Shown here piece after piece: positions 24,138 to 32,000 of a stretch of 32,000 nucleotides of DNA; positions within the stretch are counted from its first letter, which is position 1, and every line of letters begins with the position of its first letter. The position numbers and the translations under genes are program-made. The stretch comes from Halomicrobium mukohataei DSM 12286. Its GTDB lineage: Archaea; Halobacteriota; Halobacteria; Halobacteriales; Haloarculaceae. The notes beneath the pieces were generated by a model. That model was not told the DNA's origin. It did not search any database and was given only the letters and a program-made list of their open reading frames with translations. The stretch is taken from the NCBI RefSeq assembly GCF_000023965.1, contig NC_013202.1:2550001-2582000 (forward strand). Direction: 5' to 3'.

Positions 24138-25664
24138 ATGACCGTGCTGGTGCTGGGCGACCAGCTGTCCCGGCGATTCGGTCCACTCGCCGACCGGCCC
24201 GACGACCGCGTGGTGATGATCGAGTCCAGCGGTTTCCTCCGTCGGTTACCCTACCATCCGCACAAGCCGACGCTCGTGTTCAGTGCGATGCGTCACTTCC
24301 GGGACGCGTTGCGCGAGGCGGGCCGGACCGTCGACTACTACCGAGCGGAGACGTTCGAGGACGGGTTCGAGACACACTTCGAGCGACATCCCGACGACGA
24401 TCTCGTGACGATGACCCCGGCGAGTCACGGCGGCACCGAGCGGCTGCGGACGCTGATCGAGCGACACGGCGGGACGCTCACGACGGTGCCGGACGAGCGG
24501 TTCCTCTGTGCGCCAGGGACGTTCGACGAGTGGACGGACGGTCCGCCGTACCGTCACGAGTCGTTCTACCGATCGATGCGTCGGGAGACCGGCTATCTGA
24601 TGGACGGCGACGACCCGGTCGGTGGCGAGTGGAACTACGACGAGCAGAACCGCGAGACGCCGCCCGACGAGTGGGAGCCCCCGACGGTGCCGACGTTCGA
24701 GCCCGACGAGACGACGCGTCGGGTCCAGTCGTGGGTCCGCGACCACCACGACGGAGGCTACGAGGAAGCGCCCTACGGCGGTGACTGGGCCGATCCGGAG
24801 CCGTTCCGGTGGCCGGTGACGCGACAGCAAGCCCGCCGAGCGCTGGACGCGTTCGTCGAGGACCGCCTCGCCGACTTCGGGGCGTATCAGGACGCGATGG
24901 TCGAGAGCGAGTGGGCGATGGCTCACAGCCTGCTGTCGACTTCGCTGAACCTCGGACTGCTGGGGCCCGCGGAGGTCGTCGAGCGCGCGATCGAGGCCTA
25001 CGAGGCCGGCGACGCACCGCTGCACAGCGTCGAGGGGTTCGTCCGGCAGGTGATCGGGTGGCGGGAGTTCGTCCGGCACGTCTACCGTCGGGAGATGCCC
25101 GAGCTGGCGACGGCGAACCAGCTCGGTGCGAGCGAAGACCTCCCGGCGTTCTTCTGGACGGGCGAGACGGACATGGCCTGTCTGGACGCGGCCATCGACG
25201 GCGTTCGCAAGCGGGGCTACGCACACCACATCGAGCGGCTCATGCTGCTCTCGAACTTCTCGCTGCTGCTCGGTGTCGAGCCCGCACAGCTCAACCGCTG
25301 GTTCCACGCCGGCTACGTCGACGCCTTCCACTGGGTCACGACGCCAAACGTCGTCGAGATGGGGCTGTACGGCTCTGGCGCGTTCGCCACGAAGCCCTAC
25401 GCCGCCTCGGCGAACTACGTCGACAAGATGAGCGACCACTGCAGCGACTGTCAGTACTACAAGACGAAGACGACCGGAGAGCGAGCGTGTCCGTTCAACA
25501 CGCTGTACTGGGACTTTCTGGACCGCAACGAGTCACAGCTCCGGTCGAACCACCGGATGGGGCTCGTCTACAGCCACCTCGACGACAAGGACGACGACCA
25601 GCTGACGGCGATCCGACAGCGAGCGGACGAACTGCGGACGCGAGCCGCCGACAGCGAGCTGTGA
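24138..25664 (+). CDS. cryptochrome/photolyase-family protein of the FeS-BCP / bacterial (6-4) photolyase (PhrB/CryB-like) type
   Basis: 508 aa from ATG 24138. N-terminal VLGDQL...YHPHK pattern of the COG3046 group. Cys pattern C-x87-C-x2-C-x12-C (MACL...HCSDC...ACPF) matches, from memory, the [4Fe-4S] ligands of PhrB. Confidence 0.8.
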   Translation: MTVLVLGDQLSRRFGPLADRPDDRVVMIESSGFLRRLPYHPHKPTLVFSAMRHFRDALREAGRTVDYYRAETFEDGFETHFERHPDDDLVTMTPASHGGTERLRTLIERHGGTLTTVPDERFLCAPGTFDEWTDGPPYRHESFYRSMRRETGYLMDGDDPVGGEWNYDEQNRETPPDEWEPPTVPTFEPDETTRRVQSWVRDHHDGGYEEAPYGGDWADPEPFRWPVTRQQARRALDAFVEDRLADFGAYQDAMVESEWAMAHSLLSTSLNLGLLGPAEVVERAIEAYEAGDAPLHSVEGFVRQVIGWREFVRHVYRREMPELATANQLGASEDLPAFFWTGETDMACLDAAIDGVRKRGYAHHIERLMLLSNFSLLLGVEPAQLNRWFHAGYVDAFHWVTTPNVVEMGLYGSGAFATKPYAASANYVDKMSDHCSDCQYYKTKTTGERACPFNTLYWDFLDRNESQLRSNHRMGLVYSHLDDKDDDQLTAIRQRADELRTRAADSEL

Positions 25665-25667
25665 GCG

Positions 25668-27416
25668 CTACTCCTCGCCGCTCTGGCGGCGACGCATCTC
25701 CTGGCGGATGAACTGCGGCGACGCGCCCAGGCCGGGACCGCGCCGGCCCCGGAACGACCAGACGAGCGCGAGAGCGAACAGTGCTGTCAGCCCGCTCACG
25801 GCGGCCAGCACACGCAGCGCCCCCATCGCGTAGAGCCCGGCGATCGCGAGGAGGCCGACGCTGACACAGAGCCCGTAGACGAGCCGCCGAGCCATCCTGC
25901 GGAAGGCACCGCGGTCGTCTTCGATCACCGCCGAGAGGGGGAGGTCGCCGCGTTCGACCTTCTCGAGCGCGTCGTCGAGTCGGGGCGGGACCGCGACGGT
26001 CGCCCGCGCGCTGGCTCGCAGCTGGTCGGTCACGCGCTCGCGGATCTCCCCGCCGCCACTCGCCATCCCCCGTTCGAGGACGTAGTCCGTGACGACTTCG
26101 ATGAAGTCGAACTCGGGGGCGAGCGTCCGGGTCACGCCGTCGAGAACCGTCGTCACGCGGACGACGTGTGCGAGGTCCTGGGGGATCCGCATCGGGAACT
26201 CGTACATCGCCCCCTCGAACTCGCTGATGATCCCCTCCACGTCGAACTCGTCCAGGTCGGCCCCCCGGAACTGCTCGAAGGCGATCTCGAACAGCTCGCG
26301 CACCATCTGTCGGTCGGCCGTCGGGTCCAGCGCCTCCATGGCGACGAACGAGTCGATCACCTGATCGATGTCGTCGGTCGCGATGGCGACGTAGAAGTCG
26401 ACGAGGTGAGAGCGAGTCTCCGGCCCGAGCCGGCCGGTCATCCCGAAGTCGTAGAAGACGATCGTCCCGTCGTCCTGTACCGCGAGGTTTCCGGGGTGGG
26501 GGTCGGCGTGGAAGACGCCGTCCTCGACGATCATCTTGATGTAGATCTCGGTCAGGCGCGTGACGATGCGCTCGCGGTCGACTCCCAGTTCGTCGATCGC
26601 GGCCACGTCGTCGATCTTCGTCCCCTCGACGTAGCGCATCGTGAGAACGCGGTCGGTCGAGTACTCGGGCAGCGAGTCGGGGATACACACGTCGTCGACA
26701 TCGGCGAAATTCTCGCGGACGGTGTCGAGCCGGCGGGCCTCGTGAGCGTAGTCCATCTCCTCGCGGATGGTCACGGTGAACTCCTCGGCGAGGTTCCCGA
26801 GCGTGAACGCCTGGCCCGGCGGGGACGCCCAGCGCAGGACCGGCGTCAGCGTCGCCACGACGCGGAGGTCCGACTCGACGCGGCGACGGACGTTCGGCCG
26901 CAGTACCTTCACCGCGACGCGGTCCCCGTCGACCTCGCCGACGTACACTTGTCCGAGGCTCGCGCCGCTGATCGGATCGGTGTCGAACGTCTCGAACACC
27001 GAATCGATCGGTCCCAGTTCCCGCTCGATCACCGGCTCGATGTCCGTCCACGGAGCCGGCGGCACCTGGTCCTGAAGCTCCGCGAGCACGTCGACGTAGG
27101 CCGCCGGCAGCGCGTCGGGCCGCGTCGAGAGCATCTGCCCGATCTTGACGAACGCGGGACCGAGGTCGACGAACGTCGCTTTCAGCGCTCGCGCCCGGCG
27201 GGACTGCTGGGCGCTGGTCACGTCACGCGAGCGACCGAAGAGAAGGAACCGGCGGCGATCACGCAGGAGGGTGATCGCGAACGGGACGAACTGCCAGGAG
27301 ATGACGACCGCGCGCCAGAGCGCACGCAATCGGACGCCCAGTCCGGTCGGCCGGCGCACGGTCTCGCTGCCGGTTCGCTGGTCGTCGGTCTCTTCGACGG
27401 CGTCGGTCCGGGCCAC
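25668..27416 (-). CDS. ABC1/UbiB-family atypical protein kinase with C-terminal TM helices
   Basis: 582 aa. FVKIGQMLSTRPD, SLGQVY, VAVKVLRP and HADPHPGN motifs. Confidence 0.85.
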   Translation of the reverse strand: MARTDAVEETDDQRTGSETVRRPTGLGVRLRALWRAVVISWQFVPFAITLLRDRRRFLLFGRSRDVTSAQQSRRARALKATFVDLGPAFVKIGQMLSTRPDALPAAYVDVLAELQDQVPPAPWTDIEPVIERELGPIDSVFETFDTDPISGASLGQVYVGEVDGDRVAVKVLRPNVRRRVESDLRVVATLTPVLRWASPPGQAFTLGNLAEEFTVTIREEMDYAHEARRLDTVRENFADVDDVCIPDSLPEYSTDRVLTMRYVEGTKIDDVAAIDELGVDRERIVTRLTEIYIKMIVEDGVFHADPHPGNLAVQDDGTIVFYDFGMTGRLGPETRSHLVDFYVAIATDDIDQVIDSFVAMEALDPTADRQMVRELFEIAFEQFRGADLDEFDVEGIISEFEGAMYEFPMRIPQDLAHVVRVTTVLDGVTRTLAPEFDFIEVVTDYVLERGMASGGGEIRERVTDQLRASARATVAVPPRLDDALEKVERGDLPLSAVIEDDRGAFRRMARRLVYGLCVSVGLLAIAGLYAMGALRVLAAVSGLTALFALALVWSFRGRRGPGLGASPQFIRQEMRRRQSGEE

Positions 27417-27542
27417 GATATGGGAACGTCTCGGGTCGCTTGCCGCTTGAGGCTGTCGGAGAGTTGCGGTGACCGATCCGGTCTCCTCGACAGATCCGGC
27501 GTAATAAAACCTTTTTACCGGCGAGTAGGAATCAGGTCAAAG

Positions 27543-29231
27543 ATGGTTTCGCTCCCCGAACGAATCACCGACATCGAACTCTCGCGTCGGGACCGACTCG
27601 TCGTCTACTATCTCCTCGGACTGACGGTGCTGGTCCTCGCCTACGCAGTCGTTTACAACATCATAATGGCGCGTCTGGAAGGCGTCGACCAGTCGATCTT
27701 CGCGTCGTTCGAGTGGGTCGTCCAGACGATGACGACCACCGGCTACGGCCAGGACTCGAGTCTGTGGACACATCCGGTCACGCTCGTGTTCGTGGCGCTG
27801 ACACAGCTGTCGGGGATCGGGATCGGCTTTTTCACGCTCCGGCTCGTGATCATCCCGCTGTTTACCGGCGCAGAGGTGAACCTCGACGATCGGCTCACGC
27901 CGAAACAGGACCACGTCATCATCTGCGAGTACCGGCGCGACTCGGCCGTGTTGCTCGACGAACTCCGGGAGCTGGACATCGATTACGTCCTGCTGTCCTC
28001 GGACGAGGAAGAGGCGAAAGACCTCTCCGACGAGGGGTACTCCGCGATCTACGGCTCCCCACAGGCCGCCGAGAGCTTCCGGCGTGCGAGCATCGACAGC
28101 GCGCGGGCGGTGATCACGGACGCCGGTGACGCGAACGTCAACACGATCCTGACGGTGCGGTCGATCAGAGACGACGTCGACGTGATCGCGCTGACAGACG
28201 ACAGCGACGTGGAAGACGTGCTGACCCAGGCCGGGGCCGACAGCGTCCTCTCGCCGCACGGCGTTCTCGGCCACCGCCTCGCCGAAAAGGCGGTCTCGTC
28301 GCTCAGTTCGGAGCTGACAGACACGATCGAGCTCGGCGCGGACATGGAGGTCACGGAGATTCCCGTCGATCATGGCAGCCGCCTCATCGGGAAACAGCTT
28401 CGAGACACCAATATCAGGGAACGAACGGGCGCGAACGTCATCGGGGCCTGGATCGACGGCGAGCTACAGCTCCCCCCGGACCCCGGCGCAGTCATCCACC
28501 AGAACACCGTGTTGCTCGTCTCCGGAGATCACGAGGCGCTGGAGGCGTTCGGGAACGTGACCCAGTCGCCCCGGACGCTCAGGCGGCACGATCGGATCGT
28601 CGTCGCCGGCCAGGGAGAAGTCGGGCAGGCCGCCCGCGCGGTCATCGACGAGGCGGGGATCGACGCGGTGACGATCGACATCGAGGACGGGGACGAGGTG
28701 GACATCGTCGGCGATGCGGCCTCGAAAGCGACGCTCCACGAGGCGGGCATCGAGACCGCAGGCGCGATCGTCGTCGGCCTGCCCGACGACTCGGCGTCGC
28801 TGCTGTCGACGGTACTGACGCGCTCGCTGAACGACGACATCGAGATTCTCGTGCGGGTCAGCGACACCGACGCGACGCGGAAGGCCCTCAGTGCCGGAGC
28901 CGACTACGTGTTGTCGGTGCCTCGGGTGAGCGCACGAATGATCGCTCGGGAACTCCGCGGCGAGGAGGTGCTCGCGCCCGCGAGCCAGATCCGGCTCGTC
29001 CGCGTCCCGGCAACCCCGTTCGCGGGCCAGACGCTCGCGAACTCGGGCATCTACGAACAGACCGGCTGTCGGGTGATCGCCGTCGACGACGGGACCGACA
29101 AGATGGTCGAAATCGACCCCCAGCGAGAGTTCACCGGCGAGGAACACCTCACGCTCGTCGGGCCGGACGAGGCGGTCCAGCAGTTCCTCAAGCGCCACGA
29201 CGTCTCACCGACCGAGGAACGCGGGATCTAG
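27543..29231 (+). CDS. 2-TM potassium channel with two tandem RCK (TrkA-N/TrkA-C) units
   Basis: 562 aa from ATG 27543. Selectivity filter TTTGYG between two TM helices. Two Rossmann-like repeats (HVIICEY..., RIVVAGQGEVG...). The 1021-aa track ORF is an antisense extension over the UbiB gene. Confidence 0.85.
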   Translation: MVSLPERITDIELSRRDRLVVYYLLGLTVLVLAYAVVYNIIMARLEGVDQSIFASFEWVVQTMTTTGYGQDSSLWTHPVTLVFVALTQLSGIGIGFFTLRLVIIPLFTGAEVNLDDRLTPKQDHVIICEYRRDSAVLLDELRELDIDYVLLSSDEEEAKDLSDEGYSAIYGSPQAAESFRRASIDSARAVITDAGDANVNTILTVRSIRDDVDVIALTDDSDVEDVLTQAGADSVLSPHGVLGHRLAEKAVSSLSSELTDTIELGADMEVTEIPVDHGSRLIGKQLRDTNIRERTGANVIGAWIDGELQLPPDPGAVIHQNTVLLVSGDHEALEAFGNVTQSPRTLRRHDRIVVAGQGEVGQAARAVIDEAGIDAVTIDIEDGDEVDIVGDAASKATLHEAGIETAGAIVVGLPDDSASLLSTVLTRSLNDDIEILVRVSDTDATRKALSAGADYVLSVPRVSARMIARELRGEEVLAPASQIRLVRVPATPFAGQTLANSGIYEQTGCRVIAVDDGTDKMVEIDPQREFTGEEHLTLVGPDEAVQQFLKRHDVSPTEERGI

Positions 29232-31891
29232 CGGAGCCGGCCCAACAGCCGGTAGTCCGTATCGGGCGTGTACCCCCGGAACAGCAGGCTGTTGGTCAGG
29301 ACGGAGACGCTTGACAGCGCCATGGCACCGGCCGCCAGCACCGGCTGGAGCAGGCCCAGCGACGCCAGCGGGATCATCAGCGTGTTGTACCCCAGCGCCC
29401 AGACGAGGTTCTGCTTGATCTTCTGTAGCGTCGCTTCCGAGACGCGGATCGCCTTCAGCACGTCCGCCGGATCGTCTCGCATCAGCGTCACGTCCGCGGC
29501 CTCGATCGCCACGTCGGTGCCAGAACCGATCGCACAGCCGACGGCCGCGGTCGCCAGTGCCGGTGCGTCGTTGACGCCGTCCCCGACCATCATCGCCTCG
29601 CGCCCGTCGCTCTGAATCTCGTCGACGGCGTCGGCCTTGTCCTCGGGGAGCACCTCGGCCATGACGTTGTCGGGATCGATCCCGACCGCTCGGGCGACCG
29701 CGCGAGCCGTCCGCTCGTTGTCGCCGGTGATCAGCCACACGTCGAGATCGCGGTCTCGCAGATCGGCGACGGCGTCGCTCGCCGAGGGTTTGATCGTGTC
29801 CGCGTCGGCGACGACACCGACCACGCGGCCGGCCCGCTCGTCGATCTCTCCGTCCGCGTCGCGGGGACGGAGTCCGACGAGCATCGCCGTCTTCCCCTCC
29901 GATTCGAGCCGCTCGCGGTCCGAGTCGGCGGGGGTGGGATCGATGCCGTTGGCGTCCAGCAGTCGGGGGCTCCCGACGAACACCTCCCCGCGATCGATCG
30001 TCGCGCGCACCCCCTTGCCGGGGACGTTCTCGAAGGCCTCCGGCGAGTCGAGAGTGAGTCCGCGCTCGCGTGCGCCCTCGACGATCGCCTCGGCCAGCGG
30101 GTGCTCGCTCTCCTGCTCGGCGCTTGCGGCCATCGCGAGCACGTCGTCCTCGTCGAAGCCGCTCGCTGTCTCGTGTCCGCCGCGCTGGACGCCACCGTCG
30201 GGCGCGGCCGGATCGAGCGCTACGACATCCGTCAGTTCCATCTCGCCTTCGGTGAGCGTCCCCGTCTTGTCGAAGACCACGGCGTCGACGTCGCGGACCC
30301 GTTCGAGGATGTCGCCGCCCTCGAAGAGGACGCCGTGTTGGGCACCGATGGCGGTGCCGACCATCGTCGCGGCCGGCGTCGCGAGCCCCAGGGCACAGGG
30401 GCAGGCGATCAGGACGGCACTGGCGAACACGACGATCGCGAACTCGGTGACGCCGATCGGTCCACCGACTGCCTCGGGGCCGCCGCCCAGCAGCCCCCAC
30501 AGGGGCAGCGCGTCGACGAACCCGCCCAGGACGGCGGGGAACTGCCACCACAGGACGCCCCACAGCAGGGCGTTGGCGATGACTGCCGGGACGAAGTACG
30601 CCGAGATTCGGTCGGCGATCCGCTGGATGTCCGGCTGACGCGACTGGGCGTCACGGACGCGGGCGACGATCTGCTGGATCGCCGTCTCCTCGCCGACCTT
30701 CGTCGCCTCGACGACGAGCGCGCCGTTCTCGTTGATCGTCGACCCGATCACCTCGTCGCCCTCGGCTTTCTCGACCGGGACGGACTCGCCGGTGACCATC
30801 GACTCGTCGACCGCGGATTCGCCGTCGACGACGACGCCGTCGGTCGGGACCTTCTCGCCGGGCCGGACTTTCAGTCGGTCGCCGACCGCGACCGCTTCCA
30901 GCGGGACCTCCTCCTCGGTGCCGTCTTCGTGGACGACCGTGGCGGTCTCGGCCTCCATCTCCAGCAGCGACCGGATCGCCTCGCCGGCTTGGCCCTTCGA
31001 GCGGGCTTCGAGGTAGTTCCCCAGCGTGATGAACACGAGGATCAGCGCGGCCGTGTCGAAGTACAGCCCCGCACCGGGGATCAGCCCGATCAGGGCCGCG
31101 ACGCTGTAGACGTACGCCGTCGACGAGCCAAGCGCGATCAGCACGTCCATGTTCGCCCGGCCGTTGCGCACCAGCGCGCGGTAGGAGTTGACGTAGAAGG
31201 GCTTGCCGAGCGCGATCTGGACCGGCGTCGCGAGCGCGAAGGCGAACCAGCCCACGTCGATGCCGGCCAGCGAATCGCCGAGCAGTCCCAGCCCGAGGAC
31301 GTGATCGACCAGCATCACCAGCAGCGGGACCGAGAGCGCGCCGCCAAAGAGCGTGAGGCGAAGCTGGCGGCGGATCTCCGCTTGCCGCGCGAGGTCGCGC
31401 TGGTCGCGGTCGTCCCCGCCGTCTCCGCTGTCGTCTCCCGCCTCCCGGACCGGCGTGTAGCCCGCCGACTCGATCGCGTCGTAGAGGTCCGAGCGGTCCG
31501 CCTCGGCCGGGTTGTACCGGACCTGTGCCTCGTCGGTGGCGTAGTTCACGTCGGCCGCGACGACGCCGGGGGTCGCCAGCAGCGACTCGGCGTTGGCCTC
31601 GGCGCAGTTGGCACACGACATGTCCGTGATGCCGACCGAGACCGTCTCGTCGACGGCACCGTAGCCGGCCGACTCGACGGCGTCGTAGATCGCCGACAGC
31701 GACGTGACTTCGGGATCGTACTCGACGCGCCCCTCGTCGGTGGCCGCGTTGACGTCGGCCGACGCGACCCCGTCGAGGGCGTCGAGCGCGTCCTCGATCG
31801 TGGCTGCACAGTTCGCACAGCTCATACCCGTCACCGACAGACGGGTCGTCCTGGTACTCATCTCGTGTATCGATACGGGCTCCTGTTTCAT
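29228..31891 (-). CDS. copA: copper-translocating P1B-type ATPase
   Basis: 887 aa. Two N-terminal HMA domains (GMSCANC, DMSCANC), TGE, CPC (ACPCALGLATP), DKTGT, and GDGVNDAP. The start may instead be the ATG at 31861 (MSTRTT...). Confidence 0.95.
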   Translation of the reverse strand: MKQEPVSIHEMSTRTTRLSVTGMSCANCAATIEDALDALDGVASADVNAATDEGRVEYDPEVTSLSAIYDAVESAGYGAVDETVSVGITDMSCANCAEANAESLLATPGVVAADVNYATDEAQVRYNPAEADRSDLYDAIESAGYTPVREAGDDSGDGGDDRDQRDLARQAEIRRQLRLTLFGGALSVPLLVMLVDHVLGLGLLGDSLAGIDVGWFAFALATPVQIALGKPFYVNSYRALVRNGRANMDVLIALGSSTAYVYSVAALIGLIPGAGLYFDTAALILVFITLGNYLEARSKGQAGEAIRSLLEMEAETATVVHEDGTEEEVPLEAVAVGDRLKVRPGEKVPTDGVVVDGESAVDESMVTGESVPVEKAEGDEVIGSTINENGALVVEATKVGEETAIQQIVARVRDAQSRQPDIQRIADRISAYFVPAVIANALLWGVLWWQFPAVLGGFVDALPLWGLLGGGPEAVGGPIGVTEFAIVVFASAVLIACPCALGLATPAATMVGTAIGAQHGVLFEGGDILERVRDVDAVVFDKTGTLTEGEMELTDVVALDPAAPDGGVQRGGHETASGFDEDDVLAMAASAEQESEHPLAEAIVEGARERGLTLDSPEAFENVPGKGVRATIDRGEVFVGSPRLLDANGIDPTPADSDRERLESEGKTAMLVGLRPRDADGEIDERAGRVVGVVADADTIKPSASDAVADLRDRDLDVWLITGDNERTARAVARAVGIDPDNVMAEVLPEDKADAVDEIQSDGREAMMVGDGVNDAPALATAAVGCAIGSGTDVAIEAADVTLMRDDPADVLKAIRVSEATLQKIKQNLVWALGYNTLMIPLASLGLLQPVLAAGAMALSSVSVLTNSLLFRGYTPDTDYRLLGRLR

Positions 31892-32000
31892 GCGGTTTGC
31901 CCCTTCGAAGCCAAGGTCTCTATCGAGGTAGACTTTCGAATAGAAGGATATCGCGGCCCGAAACGATCGCTTCCAAACCGATCACGTCCCGTCTCGGAGC

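Noticed and set aside
26166-27542. N-terminal 459 codons of the 1021-aa ORF ending at 29231
   Set aside because: This part is antisense to the UbiB/ABC1 kinase gene with non-halophilic composition. The channel starts at ATG 27543, preceded by an AT-rich promoter-like stretch.
29205-31616. Long Arg-rich alternative-frame ORFs inside copA (452 aa, 321 aa and others)
   Set aside because: They are in the same region as an unambiguous P-type ATPase frame with all signature motifs. The alternative frames are poly-Arg/Gly/Pro artefacts.

Overview
Haloarchaeal (class Halobacteria) chromosomal segment. By eye it is about two-thirds G+C, with strongly acidic predicted proteins, TATA boxes about 25-30 nt upstream of start codons (leaderless-type genes), and many long Arg-rich alternative-frame ORFs that I treat as artefacts. 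I call 33 protein genes and one tRNA.

Core content:
- Fructose/aldolase cluster: pfkB, an unassigned ribokinase-superfamily kinase homologue, and a class I aldolase.
- Split metE pair.
- Conserved archaeal information-processing cluster: Zn-ribbon, EF-1beta, L21e, RpoF, DUF655-like, KsgA, HemK-like.
- TFB.
- htrII-sopII photophobic module.
- SDR, peroxiredoxin, TatA, tRNA-Arg(CCU).
- Two cupredoxins flanking an HTH plus membrane gene pair.
- FeS-type (6-4) photolyase homologue, UbiB/ABC1 kinase, RCK-gated K+ channel and CopA.

I do not see a multi-gene novel system (no defence-like operon, CRISPR, integrase or transposase). The unusual signals are non-coding or mobile:
1. A 1,269-bp low-GC unit made of two 98%-identical 295-bp MITE copies. 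It is flanked by an 8-bp target-site duplication and carries one orphan ORF.
2. This unit appears to have inserted into a copy of a roughly 76-79-bp palindromic intergenic element. A second copy of that element lies at 23237-23315.
3. A 68-bp x ~5.4 tandem array abuts the metE stop codon. Its two unit variants differ by a symmetric double substitution that preserves an 8-bp palindrome.
4. Three extra fragments of the tRNA-Arg 3' end (one inverted, two direct) lie within 200 bp downstream of the tRNA.
5. A low-GC islet encodes a stand-alone FIST protein.

All homology calls come from motif recognition by eye and memory; no searches were run.
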